Source of the DNA: Malacoraja senta
Lineage: Eukaryota
Assembly (NCBI GenBank): GCA_038087875.1
Contig: CM075988.1
Coordinates: 10,356,001 to 10,420,000, forward strand
DNA: 64,000 nucleotides
Direction: 5' to 3'
In this document: positions 50,191 through 63,879 of the stretch, one piece after another
Layout of the letters: every line of letters begins with the position of its first letter
Position numbering within the stretch: the first letter of the stretch is position 1
Notes under the pieces: generated by a model
Database searches by the model: none
What the model was told of the DNA's origin: nothing
What the model saw: only the letters and a program-made list of their open reading frames with translations
Made by a program: the position numbers and the translations under genes

Positions 50191-50764
50191 ATGATGAAAC
50201 AATTTTGAAACTTTTTGATGATAAAACAATTATTTGAAACAATTAGGGAAATAATTTCTTTTCCACCCAAATTCCCCCACAAATCTATAGTAGTTTAGTT
50301 ATTTCCTCCTACTACAGAGGCATAATTTGCCTTGCGTCCATTCTAGGTTGTGATCTACATATTAATTAAATAGGGGAGCCATTCACAAAATGGCAACACA
50401 AAATGTATAGGTGGGAAAATTAGTCTGGTAGCAAATTATCAGGAACTGTTGTTACTGACACAGAGTTCCACAGGAATGTTAATGGCCTCCATGAATCTAA
50501 CCCCACAGCACAACACCATCTACCCAAGGCAGACAAAAAGCTTCAGTCTGAAGAATGGTCTTGAGCCGAAACGTCACCCATTCCTTTTCTCCAGAGATGC
50601 TGCCTTACCTGCTGAATTACTCCAGCCTTTTGTGTCTATCTTGGGTTTAAGCAAGCATGTGCACATTCTCCCTACATACTATTTCCTACCTGCCCTGCCA
50701 CACAAAGCGCTGTCTTCTTTCCCTCATGGCAATCGAGATTTGTGACAAGGCCCAGGAAATCTCT

Positions 50765-50945
50765 ATTAATTTTCAATCAATCAATCAATCAATTTTTATT
50801 AATATAGCACATTTAAAATCAACTCACATTGAACCAAAGTGCTGTGCATAGTAGAATTTGGGTTGCCATACAGCCATACAAATAAAAAGAAAAACACAGC
50901 ACTCTATAGAATTTAACATGAACGTCCCCCCACAGCGGAATCACC
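50765..50945 (-). mobile_element. 3' fragment of the composite family carrying an L2-type tail
   Basis: Minus strand CCGCTGTGGGGGGACGTT...GTATGGCTGTATGG (as at 40850-40940), then AGCACTTTGG...AAATGTGCTATATTAATAAA(TTGA)n. Confidence 0.6.
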
Positions 50946-52009
50946 CGTTCCTTTCTTTGGAGCCACCACCCAATGATAGTGATGAAATTCACCAATCCTC
51001 CTGTGTGCCAACACCACACAAACTTCAGATGGCTGAGGTAAAGTGTGTGATTAGACCAAGATCTCATACCCAAGCACTGCGTTCATGACCCATTGAGCAG
51101 CAGCCTTCAATCCTATGGAGAAATTCCGAATCAATGGAGAGGTACCACAATGCAATCTCTGTAAAATCTTCTAAATCAATTGGCAAGAGGTGAACTGTGA
51201 TGCTACATTTGATGGGGCATCTTAGTTGACATAGGCAAGTTGAGCCAAAGGGCCTGTATGTTTATAATGGAAGTACATGGAGGCTATTCTTACACAGTGG
51301 AAGAAGCACATACATTCCAAAAAACTCACACACCTGCCTTGCAAGAGTCATAATGTCCTGGAATCATACAGCATAGAAAAGGGCCCCTCAGTCCAACACA
51401 CCCATGCTATCAAGATGTCTATGCCTACATTTGCCACATAGGCCTAAAAATCTTTTCAATCCAAGGTTTTTTCCTGTATTTGACAGGATGTCTGGGGACA
51501 TAGAGGACTCTTCAGTCACCTCAGTGGAAGCACGTCATCCTCTATTCCAAAGGAGTACCTAAGTAGAAGATCCCACACCATATTTTCCAGAAAGATGAAG
51601 TAAAACTAAGTATGATACTTTAAAAAAAGAAAGCACTTTCACTGATCCCCACCCTCCTCGACCCCTCTAACTCCGAACCTTCTCTGCAAGTTTAGATTTC
51701 TTTCAATTCTTACATTTGATGAAGGGTCACCAACCAGAAGCATTAGTTCTATTTCTCTCTTCATAGCTGTTGCCTGACCTGCTGAATATTCCCAGTATTC
51801 TGTTTGTGTTTCTTATGTTAATAATCGGCACCTATAAATTTAATATCTTTGCTAACTGCTGATTTGATGATTACTTACACATTTAATGATAGTTTTTCTT
51901 ATGTTTACCATAAGTGGCTCGTTGAATTAATAATTCTATTGCCCATGGAATTAATAAAGACATATCCACTATAATTCCTGGTAATATGAACTAAACATCA
52001 AAGTGTCTC

Positions 52010-52218
52010 TGCCCCAGAAGGCAGTGGAGGCCAATTTACTGGATGTTTTTAAGAGAGAGTTAGATTTAGCTCTTAGCGCTAAAGGAATCAAGGGATATGG
52101 GGAAAAAGCAGGAACGGGATACTGATCTTGGATAATCAGCCATGATCATATTGAATGGCAGTGCTGGCTCAAAGGATCGAATGGCCTACTCCTGCACCTA
52201 TTTTCTATGTTTCTATGT
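52010..52218 (+). mobile_element. CR1 3' end
   Basis: Matches 34210-34420, including the TTTCTATG tail. Confidence 0.8.
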
Positions 52219-52354
52219 GAAGCACGGATAACTACAAAACCTTTATTTCCTTTGATATCCACAATTTATCATCTGAAGTAAACTGGTTTCTCAAAGTAAA
52301 GAAAAGCAGTACTGATCAAGGTTTGAATATGCAAAAGATTTTATTGCATTCTTA

Positions 52355-52959
52355 AGGCCGTGTCTTTTACCTGTTTGCAGTCATCGGCGGTGAAGCGCGG
52401 CGTCGCCGGTAGCTAGGACCGCGCGGCAACGGCGAGAGCGTCGAGCCTATCCACCGGAGCGCCGCACGGATGTTGCGCGGGGGCCGAGTTAATTCAAACA
52501 CGGCGGGTCCCACGTGCTTGCGGTAAGTAAAAAAAGGGCGGGCCGACTGCGATGACGTCGGCCCCCCGCACGTGACTCACCAGCGGCGGCTGTGGCGGCG
52601 GCCATCCTGATCGCGGCGCTGTAGCGATGGCTGTGCCTGTGGCCGCGCAGCACACGTGCCTCTCTGGCGGCGGCACGTGCGTCACTGGCGGAGGCTGTGG
52701 CAGAGGAGGTTTGACGCACGGCGCTCGACCCACACTGGCGGCGGCCCGTGCGAGCGGCCGTGCGCACTCGTGCATCACTGGTGGAGGTTGTGCGGTGAGT
52801 ATAGAGTTTTCGACATTGTCGATTTTATTTTTGCACCGCGCGGTGTTGGGAACACCGTCGCACGGCCCGGGAATTGTTCTTTCTCATGAGTGCGCGGTCT
52901 ATGGTGGCAGATTCTTCCCGTTTCGCCGCCAATGACCGCAGATTCGTGAGACAGACCTT
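52355..52959. mobile_element. GC-rich PIF/Harbinger-type MITE
   Basis: TTA-AGGCCGTGTC...GTGAGACAGACCTT-TAA; high similarity to 12035-12595. Confidence 0.8.
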
Positions 52960-54764
52960 TAACGTGCTGTCCTGTCACACTCCTGTCTCCAGGGAGGCCT
53001 CGGTAAACTGCACATTATTGGCAATTTTTCATCAACAACTTAAAAATCCAGCAAGAGCACAGTTGATACAGAGTCAATCTTTCAGCTTGGTGGAGGGAAA
53101 AATTATCATTGCCAGCAGCCACCTTATCTCCATAGGACCACCACTCTGGAGCCCATGGAGTTTAAACACACATAAGGTTACCACACTCTGCAATCACGGG
53201 AATTGTAAATTGAAGGCTTTGTAATTGCTCAGTACATATCCTCAGATGCAAAAGACGTCAGTTCCATATCATGCAGATTTACTTGCTTCTAGCTGTTCAT
53301 AAAGGAACTTTCAGTTTTGTGAAACATTTTGCTGTCTCTTGCTTTAGAATAGTTAGTGTCTTTCTGCCATACAGACCAGTTGGATACAAACATTACAATT
53401 GATTTTTCTATTTCCAAATAAGTTTCTGCACTAGGGAACCTATTCTGTTCCGTCAAGCCTCTAAAAGGAACAATAAATGTCAGACTTCCCAGCCTCTTTC
53501 AAAGCTTTGTTGCAGAAATCTATGAAGAACAGCAGGAGATATAATACATTCAGCAAATGCAAAGGAACAGAGTCTTTGCACCGTCCTGCTCTTTTGCATC
53601 CGCCATTGCATTTAATGGTGTATCTGTCATTACCGTGTATATTGTTTACTCCATGAGCTTCATGCGAACAAAGCATTTCATTGCACCCTGGTGCACTGAT
53701 AATAAGCTAAACAAATCTGAATCTAGTAACAGAAAAGCTGTGGACTGAGAAATAGCAGCAGAGGAAGTTTAAATGGAAATACTAATGAGTCGATGGTTAA
53801 TTCTTCTTGATTAATCCATTTCGAGAAAGGATGCCTACCACTTTTTTTTATTTGGTCTGAACTCTGTTCTTTTGGGCCTGTAATACAATTGTAGAATCCT
53901 AGAACCATACAGTACAGAAACAGACCCTTGGTCCCACCTTATCCATACTGACCAAGTTGACATTCTGGGCTATTCTCATTTGCCTGCATTTGACCCATCC
54001 CGAACCCCTTCCTACCCATATATCTGTCTAAATTCATAATTGTATCTGTTCCTATAGGTACCTCTGTCTTCAGAGGTTGATTCCCATGTTTAACTATGTC
54101 AAGTAATTCTCCATAAAACCTCAGAGCACATTTTTTGAGGATGGAAATATCTAATAGTTGAAGAAGGTAAAAGTACGTTGTTACGGTATGACGATGACAT
54201 TGTGTCTGCGCTTCAATCAATTCACAGAGTTTTGCAGAACTTCCCTTATGGTGAAACATCACTGATCCTTTGAAATACCCATGCAAATTAATCCCTCCTC
54301 ACACTATAGAACCTTCCCCAAATGTGGAAATCAACCCTGCAAAATTTATTGATAAAAATCTAAAAATATTAACTGTTTTCTCTTAAATTTTGTACTGTTA
54401 ATAAACCACAATTTAACCCTATGTAACACATTGCAAGTTGGATGATATTACGGCAACTCATCTGAGCCATTGTCCATAATAAAAATTGATATGTAACGGT
54501 GGATGGGTTTCCTCTAACTCTGTAACTATACAGACGCTTCCTCTGAAATCTTGATGTAGCAACAAGGAACTGTAGATGCTGGTTTACCATGGATAAATAC
54601 AAAATGCTAGAGTAACTCAGCGGGTCAGGCAGTATCCCTCGGGAATATGGGTTGGTGATGTTTCAGATCTCAAGAAGGGTCTGGACCTGAAACATCACCA
54701 ATCAGCGTTCTCCAGAGATGCCGCCTGACCTGCTGAGTTACTCCAGCATTTTGTGTCTGTCTTA

Positions 54765-55020
54765 CACATACAAATTTGCAGATGATACATCAGTAGTGGG
54801 TTGGATTTCAAACAATGAAGAGACCGAGTACAGGAAGGAGATAGAGTGCTTAGTAACTTGGTATCAAGGCAACAACCTTTCTCTCAATCTTGGCAAAAGG
54901 AAAGAGCTAGTCATTGTCTTCAGGAAGTATACATCCCGATCTGCAATGGTGCTGAATGGAGATGGTCAAGAGCTTCAGATTCAAGGTGTAAATATCACCA
55001 ATGGTTTGATCTGTTTAACC
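54765..55020 (+). mobile_element. Rex1/Babar-type RT fragment
   Basis: YKFADDTSVVGWISNNEETEYRKEIECLVTWYQGNNLSLNLGKRKELVIVFRK. Confidence 0.8.
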
Positions 55021-55395
55021 ACATTGTACCCTTTTAAAGTCTGGTGACAGTCTTTTTCAGAGAATTCTCCTACAATTCCTAAATTATATTTGATGAGCTG
55101 CACAAATATGATATGATTTATGAACTGTCACATTTAGGCATGGTTGCAAATGATTGTAATCCAACTCAATCAGAATGGAAATTTTTCTTGAGGAATGACT
55201 GTACTTTTATTGGGAAGTGTTGCTGCAGTTTTCATTTTTGCTCTTTGGGTCGATTCTGTTTCATCAGCAAATTATTTAGCTTTAATGCTGAATTGATTGT
55301 TTTCAATGTCATAAAACTTATCCTGTTTGCAATACATAAGCAGACACAGTGTTGCAAATTTGTCAAATACCATAGCAGAGTAATCAAGGAAGATA

Positions 55396-55760
55396 CAGGT
55401 CCACCACAACTGGTGGTCCGACACCTCCCTTAATCCGGACAAAATTCTGAGAGCGCGCTTGATATCCTGCATGTTGGTTCCCCTGAAAATGTCGCCTAGG
55501 CTGGGTGAGGTGGCCAATCTCGACCTCATCGGGATTTCCACACTAATTGGCGGGTTGAATTTGCCCCTGTGGCCGGGGCTCTGGAACTCCGGCCTGGTCA
55601 GAGCCAGTAGATACGATCCCATAACCGACTTCTGAGGCCAACTTTGTGGGCTGGCATCTCACCCCCCCCCCCCCCAAACATAAACTCCGTCGGTTTAGCA
55701 AAACGGATAACACGGCAAGTCTCTGGAACTAATATTGGCGGAAAATCGTCGGTGGACCTG
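55396..55760. mobile_element. Tc1/mariner (Tigger-like) MITE, TA TSD
   Basis: TA-CAGGTCCACC...GGTGGACCTG-TA. Confidence 0.8.
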
Positions 55761-57018
55761 TATTTGTTGCAGTATGAAGCAGCTAGTTTCAAACTAGTTT
55801 CAATCACATTGCAGTTCTTTGGAGTATTTGCTCTGCTGTATGCAAAATCAACTGTCTACACTGTTATTGTACAAATAGACATCTTTAATTAATTGTAATG
55901 AATGAGATGGTATAAAGTAAAGTTTATCTTGCAAATGATAGAACTGAATTCCCTTGGCTAGCATGAACAGATGACAGTGTAAATGTGATTCTAAAGATTA
56001 CCACATTTTAATGCTTCCAGTGAAATTATCGAGTTATCACATAGGTATTTACCTGAAATGATAAACAAGTCTCTCTCCTTTACTTTTGTTATAATACTGA
56101 TATTCTGGAAACTAGATAAACTATTGCCCCTATTTTTTGTGCTGCACAACATATTTTAGAAACGTAAATGCTAGTTCTATTATTTTATCTAACTGGGTGT
56201 TTCATGTTGTAGTTTTATTGGTTCTTTTTCTAATACTTCAGCTTCTGATTCGACAAGAGTATCTTCCAAAAAAAAGATGCACATTTATTTTAAGAAAGGA
56301 TAAAACCTTTTAAAATCTCATTGTGTTGGTTATCTTTTGACAGGCTATTAAATGTTATATAATGATTGATTGCACTTAATATGCCATAATCCTATTAAAA
56401 GACCAACCAAAAATACTCTGGTACAGGGCAGGGAGGAAGACGTTATTTTAGTAATATTTTAAGGAAAAATTGGGGGATAAGAAAGCTACAATATCAGTTA
56501 ATGAAGTGGCTGGAGCTAGATTTAGGACGTCATACACATTCTTCAGCTAATGTATCCTGGTGAATAGTGGTTATTTGTTTGAGCTCCAGCAGTATACTAA
56601 TAAATGACAAATTAAGACATTGCTATATTCAAGATGGTTTGATGTTCTTTGTAAACTCTCTTTCATCTTGTTGTTTGCAGCAAAGGTTAACCTAGTGCCT
56701 GTAAAAACAAGAACCTTGAGTGCCAATTTTGGAAGTTAAATTTTAATTTTAAGTTCCAATCTAAGACCAGCTTTGTGTCACCACCAAGGCCAAAATAAGA
56801 AAGCACTTAAAAAAACAAACTTTATGCATAAGGGTTTCCAGATGGTGCCAGAAACTAGATGAATTTGTGTACTGCCTCAGAAACTATCTATTTTTTTACA
56901 CTACAATCATCGGACACTTCTGCTTGCGTACGGTTGTGCTTATGTATAGTTTGATTTCACTGGATTTTTTGCAAAACAAAGCATTTTACGGCATTGAGCT
57001 ACATGTGACAATAAAACA

Positions 57019-57329
57019 GTTTTTAGTTTAGTTTTAGTTTAGAAATACAGCGCGGAAACAGGCCCTTCAGCCCACCGAGTCCGCACCGACCAGCGATCCC
57101 CACACATTAACTCTATCATACACAGACTATGGACAATTTACATTTATACCAAGCAAATTAACCTACAAACCTGTACGTCTTTGGAATGTGGGAGGAAACT
57201 GAATATTTCGGAGAAAACCCACGGGGAGAATGCACAAACTCCGTACAGATAACACCCGTAGTTAGGATCGAACCCGGGTCTCCGGCACTGTAAGGCAGCA
57301 ACTCTACCACTGTGCTACCGTGCCGCCCT
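57019..57329 (-). mobile_element. V-SINE, full length
   Basis: Same family, minus strand. Confidence 0.85.
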
Positions 57330-57339
57330 CAATAGCTAT

Positions 57340-58260
57340 TGAATTATTGAAGGCTACACAATGCACTTTGGTTGTAGGACTTCAATGTCCAACTGCAAAA
57401 GTAGCTTGGCGGCTCCACCACAGAATGAGCTGGCTGAGCACTGAAACCTATAGCTATCCAATAGATCTTCAGCAGGTGGTGACTGAACCTACAGTAAACA
57501 TAAAACAATTTGACCTCATCCTCACTGATCTATCCATAGAAGATGCATCTGTTCATGACAGCATTGGTGGAAGTGATCACTGCACTGTCCTTATAGAGAC
57601 ATTGTGTGATAGACCTAGAACTACTCTGTAACCCAAAACTGAGCATCTGCAAGGTGTTGTAGTCCATCAGCAATAGCAGAAACGTGTACCACCACAATCT
57701 ATATTTCTTGTGGCCCAGAACATACCTTCTCATACCTTTAATGTCAACCCAGGAGATCAACACTGATTCAATGAGTTGGCTGTGAGCAATACTGGGCATA
57801 CCATAAAGTGATGAGGTGCCAGTCTACCAAAGCTGCAAATAGACTACCTGTGTGGTAAAAAGCAAAAACGGACAAGGGCCAAGCAATCTCACAACCAATG
57901 GATCAGATCAAAGTTCTGCAGTCCTGCCATATGTAGTAGTGAATGGAGGTTGACAATTAAACAGTTAACAGGAGTATCAGGTTCCAAAAACATCCTGATT
58001 CATGCTGATGGCAGGGCCCAGATACATGCGTGCAAAGGAAAATCATGTAGCATTTATTAATCGGTTCAGCCAAAAGTTCCAAATAATTTATCCACCTCAG
58101 CTCCCTCCTTAAGAAACCACTCTCCAGCCAATTCAATTCACCATGTGATAACAAAACATGGTTGGGAGCCTTGGATGCAGTAAAGATTATGGATCAGACA
58201 TACCACCTGAGCTACACTACAGAACTAACTGCAACTCTAAGCTAGTCTAGTATAGTTACT
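57340..58260 (+). mobile_element. Old degenerate LINE ORF2 fragment (APE endonuclease end)
   Basis: LQQVVTEPT...DLILTD...IGGSDHCTVL matches the APE C-terminal DL...SDH motifs. Confidence 0.65.
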
Positions 58261-59150
58261 CTGGTATAGTCTAGTATGGCACAGTTAAAAGCTTCAATAG
58301 ACACAAAGTATTAGAGTAACTCAGTGGGTCCGACAGCATCTCTGGAGAACATGGATAAATGAAATTTCTGGTTAAGACCCTTTTTCATACTTACTGTTTG
58401 TCAACCCGACCCAAAACATCACCACATCCCAATTCTCCAGAGATACTGCCTGACTCACTGAGTTACTCCAGCACTCTGTCCTTTTTTGTAAAGCAGCATC
58501 TGCAGTTTCTTGTATCCACATTCAAAAGCCTTATATTATTAAGCTGTGACCTCAGTGAATAGTCGCGCAGGCTCAAAGGGCTGATGTGCCTTGATAACTG
58601 GTGGCCCACACAGAGTGAGAGTGTCATACAGTGCAGAAACAGGCCCTTTGACCTAACCAGACCCTTTGACTAATTGAATTCAAGGTAAACTAGGAACTTG
58701 TTCTTAAGTGAGAAGGTGACTAACTCCATGACTTGCATTCTATAGGACTCTGGAAGGCTCAGCTGTCTCATAAGCTGCAATGTTATATTTCCCTTAATCT
58801 GCACCCTGGAAGCATTTAGACACAAATTTAGTATTTTGACACAAAGTGCTGGAGTAACTCAGTGGGACAGGCAGCATCTCTGGAGAGAAGGAATGGATGA
58901 AGTTTTGGGTCGAGACCATTCTTCTGGAAGTATTTGGTACCAATTGTAAAAATAACAGTAGAAATGCAGCATTTGCTCTTAAATATTTTAAACATGTGGA
59001 TAATCAACATGCCTAATCAGTCCGTAATGACATTGTTTATAATGGCGGAAAGTCTTCAGTGATTAAAGATTATTTAATAATAGTACCTTCTAAAGTAGTT
59101 CAGGCATCTTGCCATACTTTCAATTTCAAGATCATTTTCTTCCTATTTTT

Positions 59151-62100
59151 TTTTTTTTTTATTTTTTTTTTTTTTTTATTTTTTTATTTTTTAGAAGTAC
59201 GGTAGATTACAGTAATGTACAACACGTATATATTAATACATTTTTTGTACCGCTTCACTTTTTTAAACTTTAAGAAAGAAAAAGAAAGAAGTAAGAAAAG
59301 TGAAGAAAGTGCACAAAGGTTGTGAAGTGCAAAAGAGTGTTGGGAAAAGAAAGCCCCTTAGAAAAGAAGTTAGAGAAGGAAGTAAAGTTAGAAAATAGAC
59401 CCTAGAAAAAAAAAGAGAAAGAAAGAAGGAACAATCGCTCTATTATAATTCTTATACCATACTTCATAGAGAAGGAACTACCAACCAAGTCTGTTTTTAT
59501 TTTACCTCCCATTACCAGGTCCAGATACCTTTTATTTATTTATTTGTTTTTCTAAATTACTATTGCACCTCATGCTTGTAATAGGTCCAAAAACGTAGAC
59601 CACGTCTTTTGAAATTGATCTGCTTTGCCTACTAGGAGGAATCTCATCTCTTCCAGATGTAATGTTTCCAACATATTTGATGTCCACATTTTTATTGTTG
59701 GTGTGGGCGCATTTTTCCAGAATTTAAGTATAAGCTTTTTTCCCATTATTAGCCCATAATTGAGTAAATTCTTCTGATACACGTTTAATTCAGGAATACC
59801 TTCCGATATTCCAAAAATAATCCATTCTGGTTTTGGTACCAGTTTTATTTTGATTAATTTTGAAAAAATATCAAATATTTCAAACCAGAATTTTTGGATT
59901 TTTGTACAAAAAACAAAAGAATGTGCTATGGTAGCTTCTTGACATATACATTTATCACAGATTGGTGAGACGTTAGGAAAGATTTTATTTAGTTTGGTTT
60001 TTGAATAATATAATCTATGTAATGTTTTAAATTGGATAAGCGTATGTCGTACGTTGATCGAGCATTTATGCACCTGTAATAAATGATTATCCCAACTCTC
60101 TTTTGAAATTTTTATACCTAGATCTTGTTCCCAATCTCTTCTAATTCCATCTGTTGTGGGTATTTCTATATTTAAGATGATATTATATAAGTATGATATT
60201 AAATTAACTGATTCCGCCTTTGTCTTCATTGCTTCATCTAGTAAGTCGGAAGGCATATTATAATAATCTTTTGTGTGTGTTTTCAAATAGTCACAGATTT
60301 GTAGATATTTAAAATATTGATTATTTTTCAAATTATATTTCAGTTGTAGTTGTTGGAATGATAGTAATTTTTCTAATTCATACAGATCTTCGAGCGTTTT
60401 AATTCCCATTCTTTCCCATTGTATAAATGCTTTATCTATGATTGAAGGTTTAAACGATGGGTTATTGACTATTGGTATTAAGAGAGATAGGTTTCTTAAT
60501 TTTAGATTCTGTTTTATTTGCTTCCATGTTCTAATAGTGCTATATATAATTGGATTTTTATTATAATTTTTATTATTCAAATTTATTGGAGAGAGAATAA
60601 TCGCTCCTATATTATTCGGGGAGCAATCCCCTTTTTCCATTATAATCCAGTCCACCTGCTGGGCAGAATTGTCCAGCAGGTGAATCATATTTTTAATATT
60701 TACTGCCCAGTTATAATACATAAAGTTAGGGAGCGCTAGACCCCCCAACTCTTTTCGTTTGTTAAGGTGTGTTCTTTGTATTCTGTGGGATTTGTAATCC
60801 CATATAAAATTTGTAATGTCTGAGTCCAGTTTTTTGAAAAACTTTTTGGGGAGATATATAGGTATTGATTGAAATAGGTAAAGGATTTGTGGCAAGAAAA
60901 TCATTTTTTATAGCATTTATCCTACCTATTAAGGACATCGGAAGTGTTTTCCAAATTTAATCAGATTATTTAATTTCTTAAGTAGGGGATTATAATTAGC
61001 TTTAAACATATCATGGTAATTTCTAGTAATCTCAATTCCTAAATATTTGAATTTTTCCATAGCTATTTTAAAAGGGAATTTCCTGAGATGTGTTGAGTCT
61101 TTTGGTTTAATCGACATAATTTCACTTTTGTTCCAATTTATTCTATATCCTGAAAAGGATCCAAAGTCCTCAATTAAGTTTAATATATTTGGTATACTAA
61201 TTTGTGGTTTTGTGATGTACAGTAGTACATCATCAGCATATAGGGATAGTTTGTTGTTTGAATATTTTGTGTTATAACCGTGAATATTCGAGTGTGTTCT
61301 TATTTTTTCAGCAAGGGGTTCAATTACCAAAGCAAATAACAGCGGTGATAGTGAACATCCTTGTCTGTTGCCCCTAGATAATTCGAATTTTGAAGATAAT
61401 ATATTATTAGTTAGTATTCTAGCCGTAGGTTTGTTATATAGTAGTTTTATCCATGCAATAAAGTTTTCTCCCAATTGGAATTTTTGCAATACTTTGATCA
61501 TATAGTCCCATTCTACTTGATCAAACGCTTTTTCTGCGTCCAGTGAGATGATAGCTAACTCTTGGTCATCAGATTTATGTGAATGCATTATGTTAAGCAA
61601 ACGTCTCAAATTATTAAATGAGTGTCTCTTAGGTATAAATCCTGTTTGATCCTCATGTATTAGTCTACTAACATACTTGCTTAATCTATTGGCTAATGTT
61701 TTTGCTATTATTTTCTGATCCGTATTTAACAAAGCAATAGCTCTATATGATCCTGGTTCTTCTATATTTTTATCTTTTTTAAGTATTAATATGATCGTTG
61801 ATTCCGCTAGTGTTTCAGGTAGGTTTTGCTCTTTATAAGCATATGTATACATTTTTTGTAATCGTGGAGTAACTATATCATAAAAAGATTTATAAAATTC
61901 ATTACTGAATCCGTCTGGTCCTGGTGTTTTTCCATTTTTTAGTGTTTTTATTGTGTCTTCTATCTCCTTAGGAGTAATTTGTGCTCCCAGTTCCTCTTGT
62001 TCCCTGCGTTCTAATTGTGGTAGATTACAATTATCTAAAAATTCTGAGATTTTATTATTGTCTATTGACGTTTTAGATGTGTATAGATTCTGGTAAAATT

Positions 62101-62392
62101 GAGCAAATCTTTTATTAATATCCTTGGGTAGTGTTAATACTTCCCCTCTATCTGATTTAATCTTTAATATTGCATTCTCTTTTTCCCGTTTTTTAAGTTG
62201 TCGTGCTAGAAGTTTGTGGGGTTTGTCCCCGAATTCGAAGTGTTCTTGTTTTGTGATTTGAAATAATGTTATAACTTTCTCTGACAGTAATTTATTTAAC
62301 TGAAATTTCAGTAGTAGTATTTTATTATGTTTATCCATAGTTGGGTCTTTAGCATTATCTATATCTAACTGTTTTATTTGATCTTCTAAGTG
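59151..62392 (-). mobile_element. L1-clade LINE, 5'-truncated, poly(A) tail, 13-bp TSD
   Basis: TSD TCTTCCTATTTTT at 59138-59150 and 62393-62405; T-run at 59151-59192; ORF2 motifs. Confidence 0.95.
59570..62392 (-). pseudogene. L1 ORF2 (RT and C-terminal Cys-rich domain) with two compensating frameshifts
   Basis: GKTPGPDG, YRAIALLN, LDAEKAFD, RQGCSLSP, YADD, KYLG, CDKC...HSFVFC. Confidence 0.92.
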
Positions 62393-62783
62393 TCTTCCTA
62401 TTTTTATGTGGTAAATCTGCCAGCATATCTCAAATTCTTTGAAAATTTCAGTCATCCTATTCTCTTGACTTTTTAAATCTATACCTGTTTTTTTTTTTTA
62501 CCAGCAGATGAGTAACTCGATATTTTTATGTTGATGAAGAACAAAGCAAACTGTTCATTATAAATAAACAAATTTGGTTGATTGATTTGGAAGGCTTCAC
62601 AATCTTTCTAACTCTTATTTAAAAAATAGCAAAGGAAACCAATGTTCTGAAAATGCAATCCTGAAAATATTCTGAACCTTTAGTTTAGAGATACAGCACA
62701 GAAACAGGCTCTTCAGCCCACTAAGACCATGGCAACTGGTGTTCCCCATACACTAGCACTACCCTAGGGAAAATAAATAATCA

Positions 62784-63879
62784 ACTAGACCAAGTGGGAC
62801 CCATTGGGCCCCATTCCCCCAAAGCAATATTCCACCACTAACCCGTTCTCCCAACGCAACCCAACACAATATTCCACCACTCACCCATAGCCCCCCAATT
62901 GCGCAGGCACAGCTCATTTCCTCACCACCCAGCACTCCCTCCCCCTCCTCTTCACCCTCTTCTTCCCACTCTCCTCCTCCCCTCCCCCACTCCCTCACCT
63001 CCCTCCCTCTCCTTTCCCCTACTGTCAGTCACTCCCTCCCTCCCTCCATAAGCCCTCTCCCCTCCCTACCCCCCTTGACATCATAGTGAGGTGAAAGCTG
63101 CTGTGTTTTTTAATTTTATGTAAATGAGATTCCATTATGATGTCATGGTGGAACGTTGCTGTGTTTTTGAAAACAGAATTTTAAAAAAATGTAAATGAGA
63201 TTTACCCCCAAGGCAATATTCCACCACTCACCCGTTCACCCAATGCAACCCATTTCCACCACTCACCCATTCGCCCAAGGCAATATTCCACCACTCACCC
63301 ATTGCCCCCAACTGCGAAGGTGTGGCTCATTTCCCCTCATCCCCGAACACTCCCTCCCCCTCCTCTTCACCCTCCCTCTTCTCTCCCGTCTCCTCCTCCC
63401 CACCTCCACTCCCTCCCTCACCTCTCCCTCCCTATCCTTTACTCTACCCGCAATCACTCCCAACATTTAGTCACTCCCTCCCTCCATAACCCCTCTCCCA
63501 TCCCTTTCCCCCTTGACGTCATTGTGAGGTGGAAGTTGCTGTTTTTTAAATGTAAATGAGATCCTATTGTGATGTCATTGTCGGATGGAGCACTGCTGAT
63601 GGGCAGTTTATGTAAATAAGATCCCATTATGATGCCATACCTTGCTAACTGCCACTGCAAGCTCAAGTGATTTTTCTCAAAGTGGGGTTTTGTAAAGTTG
63701 AAAATGTTATTAACTTGTAAAATATAACATTAATCTGACCAAAACTTGATAAAAACACAGCACAAGACAATTGTGAGTAAGGTGGTCCAAAAATTTTAGC
63801 GCTATTTTGTACCGTTTTGGAGTAGTTACGGGAGCACACAGGTTCACAGATATAGAAACAAACAAGATGAGAGTTTTAG

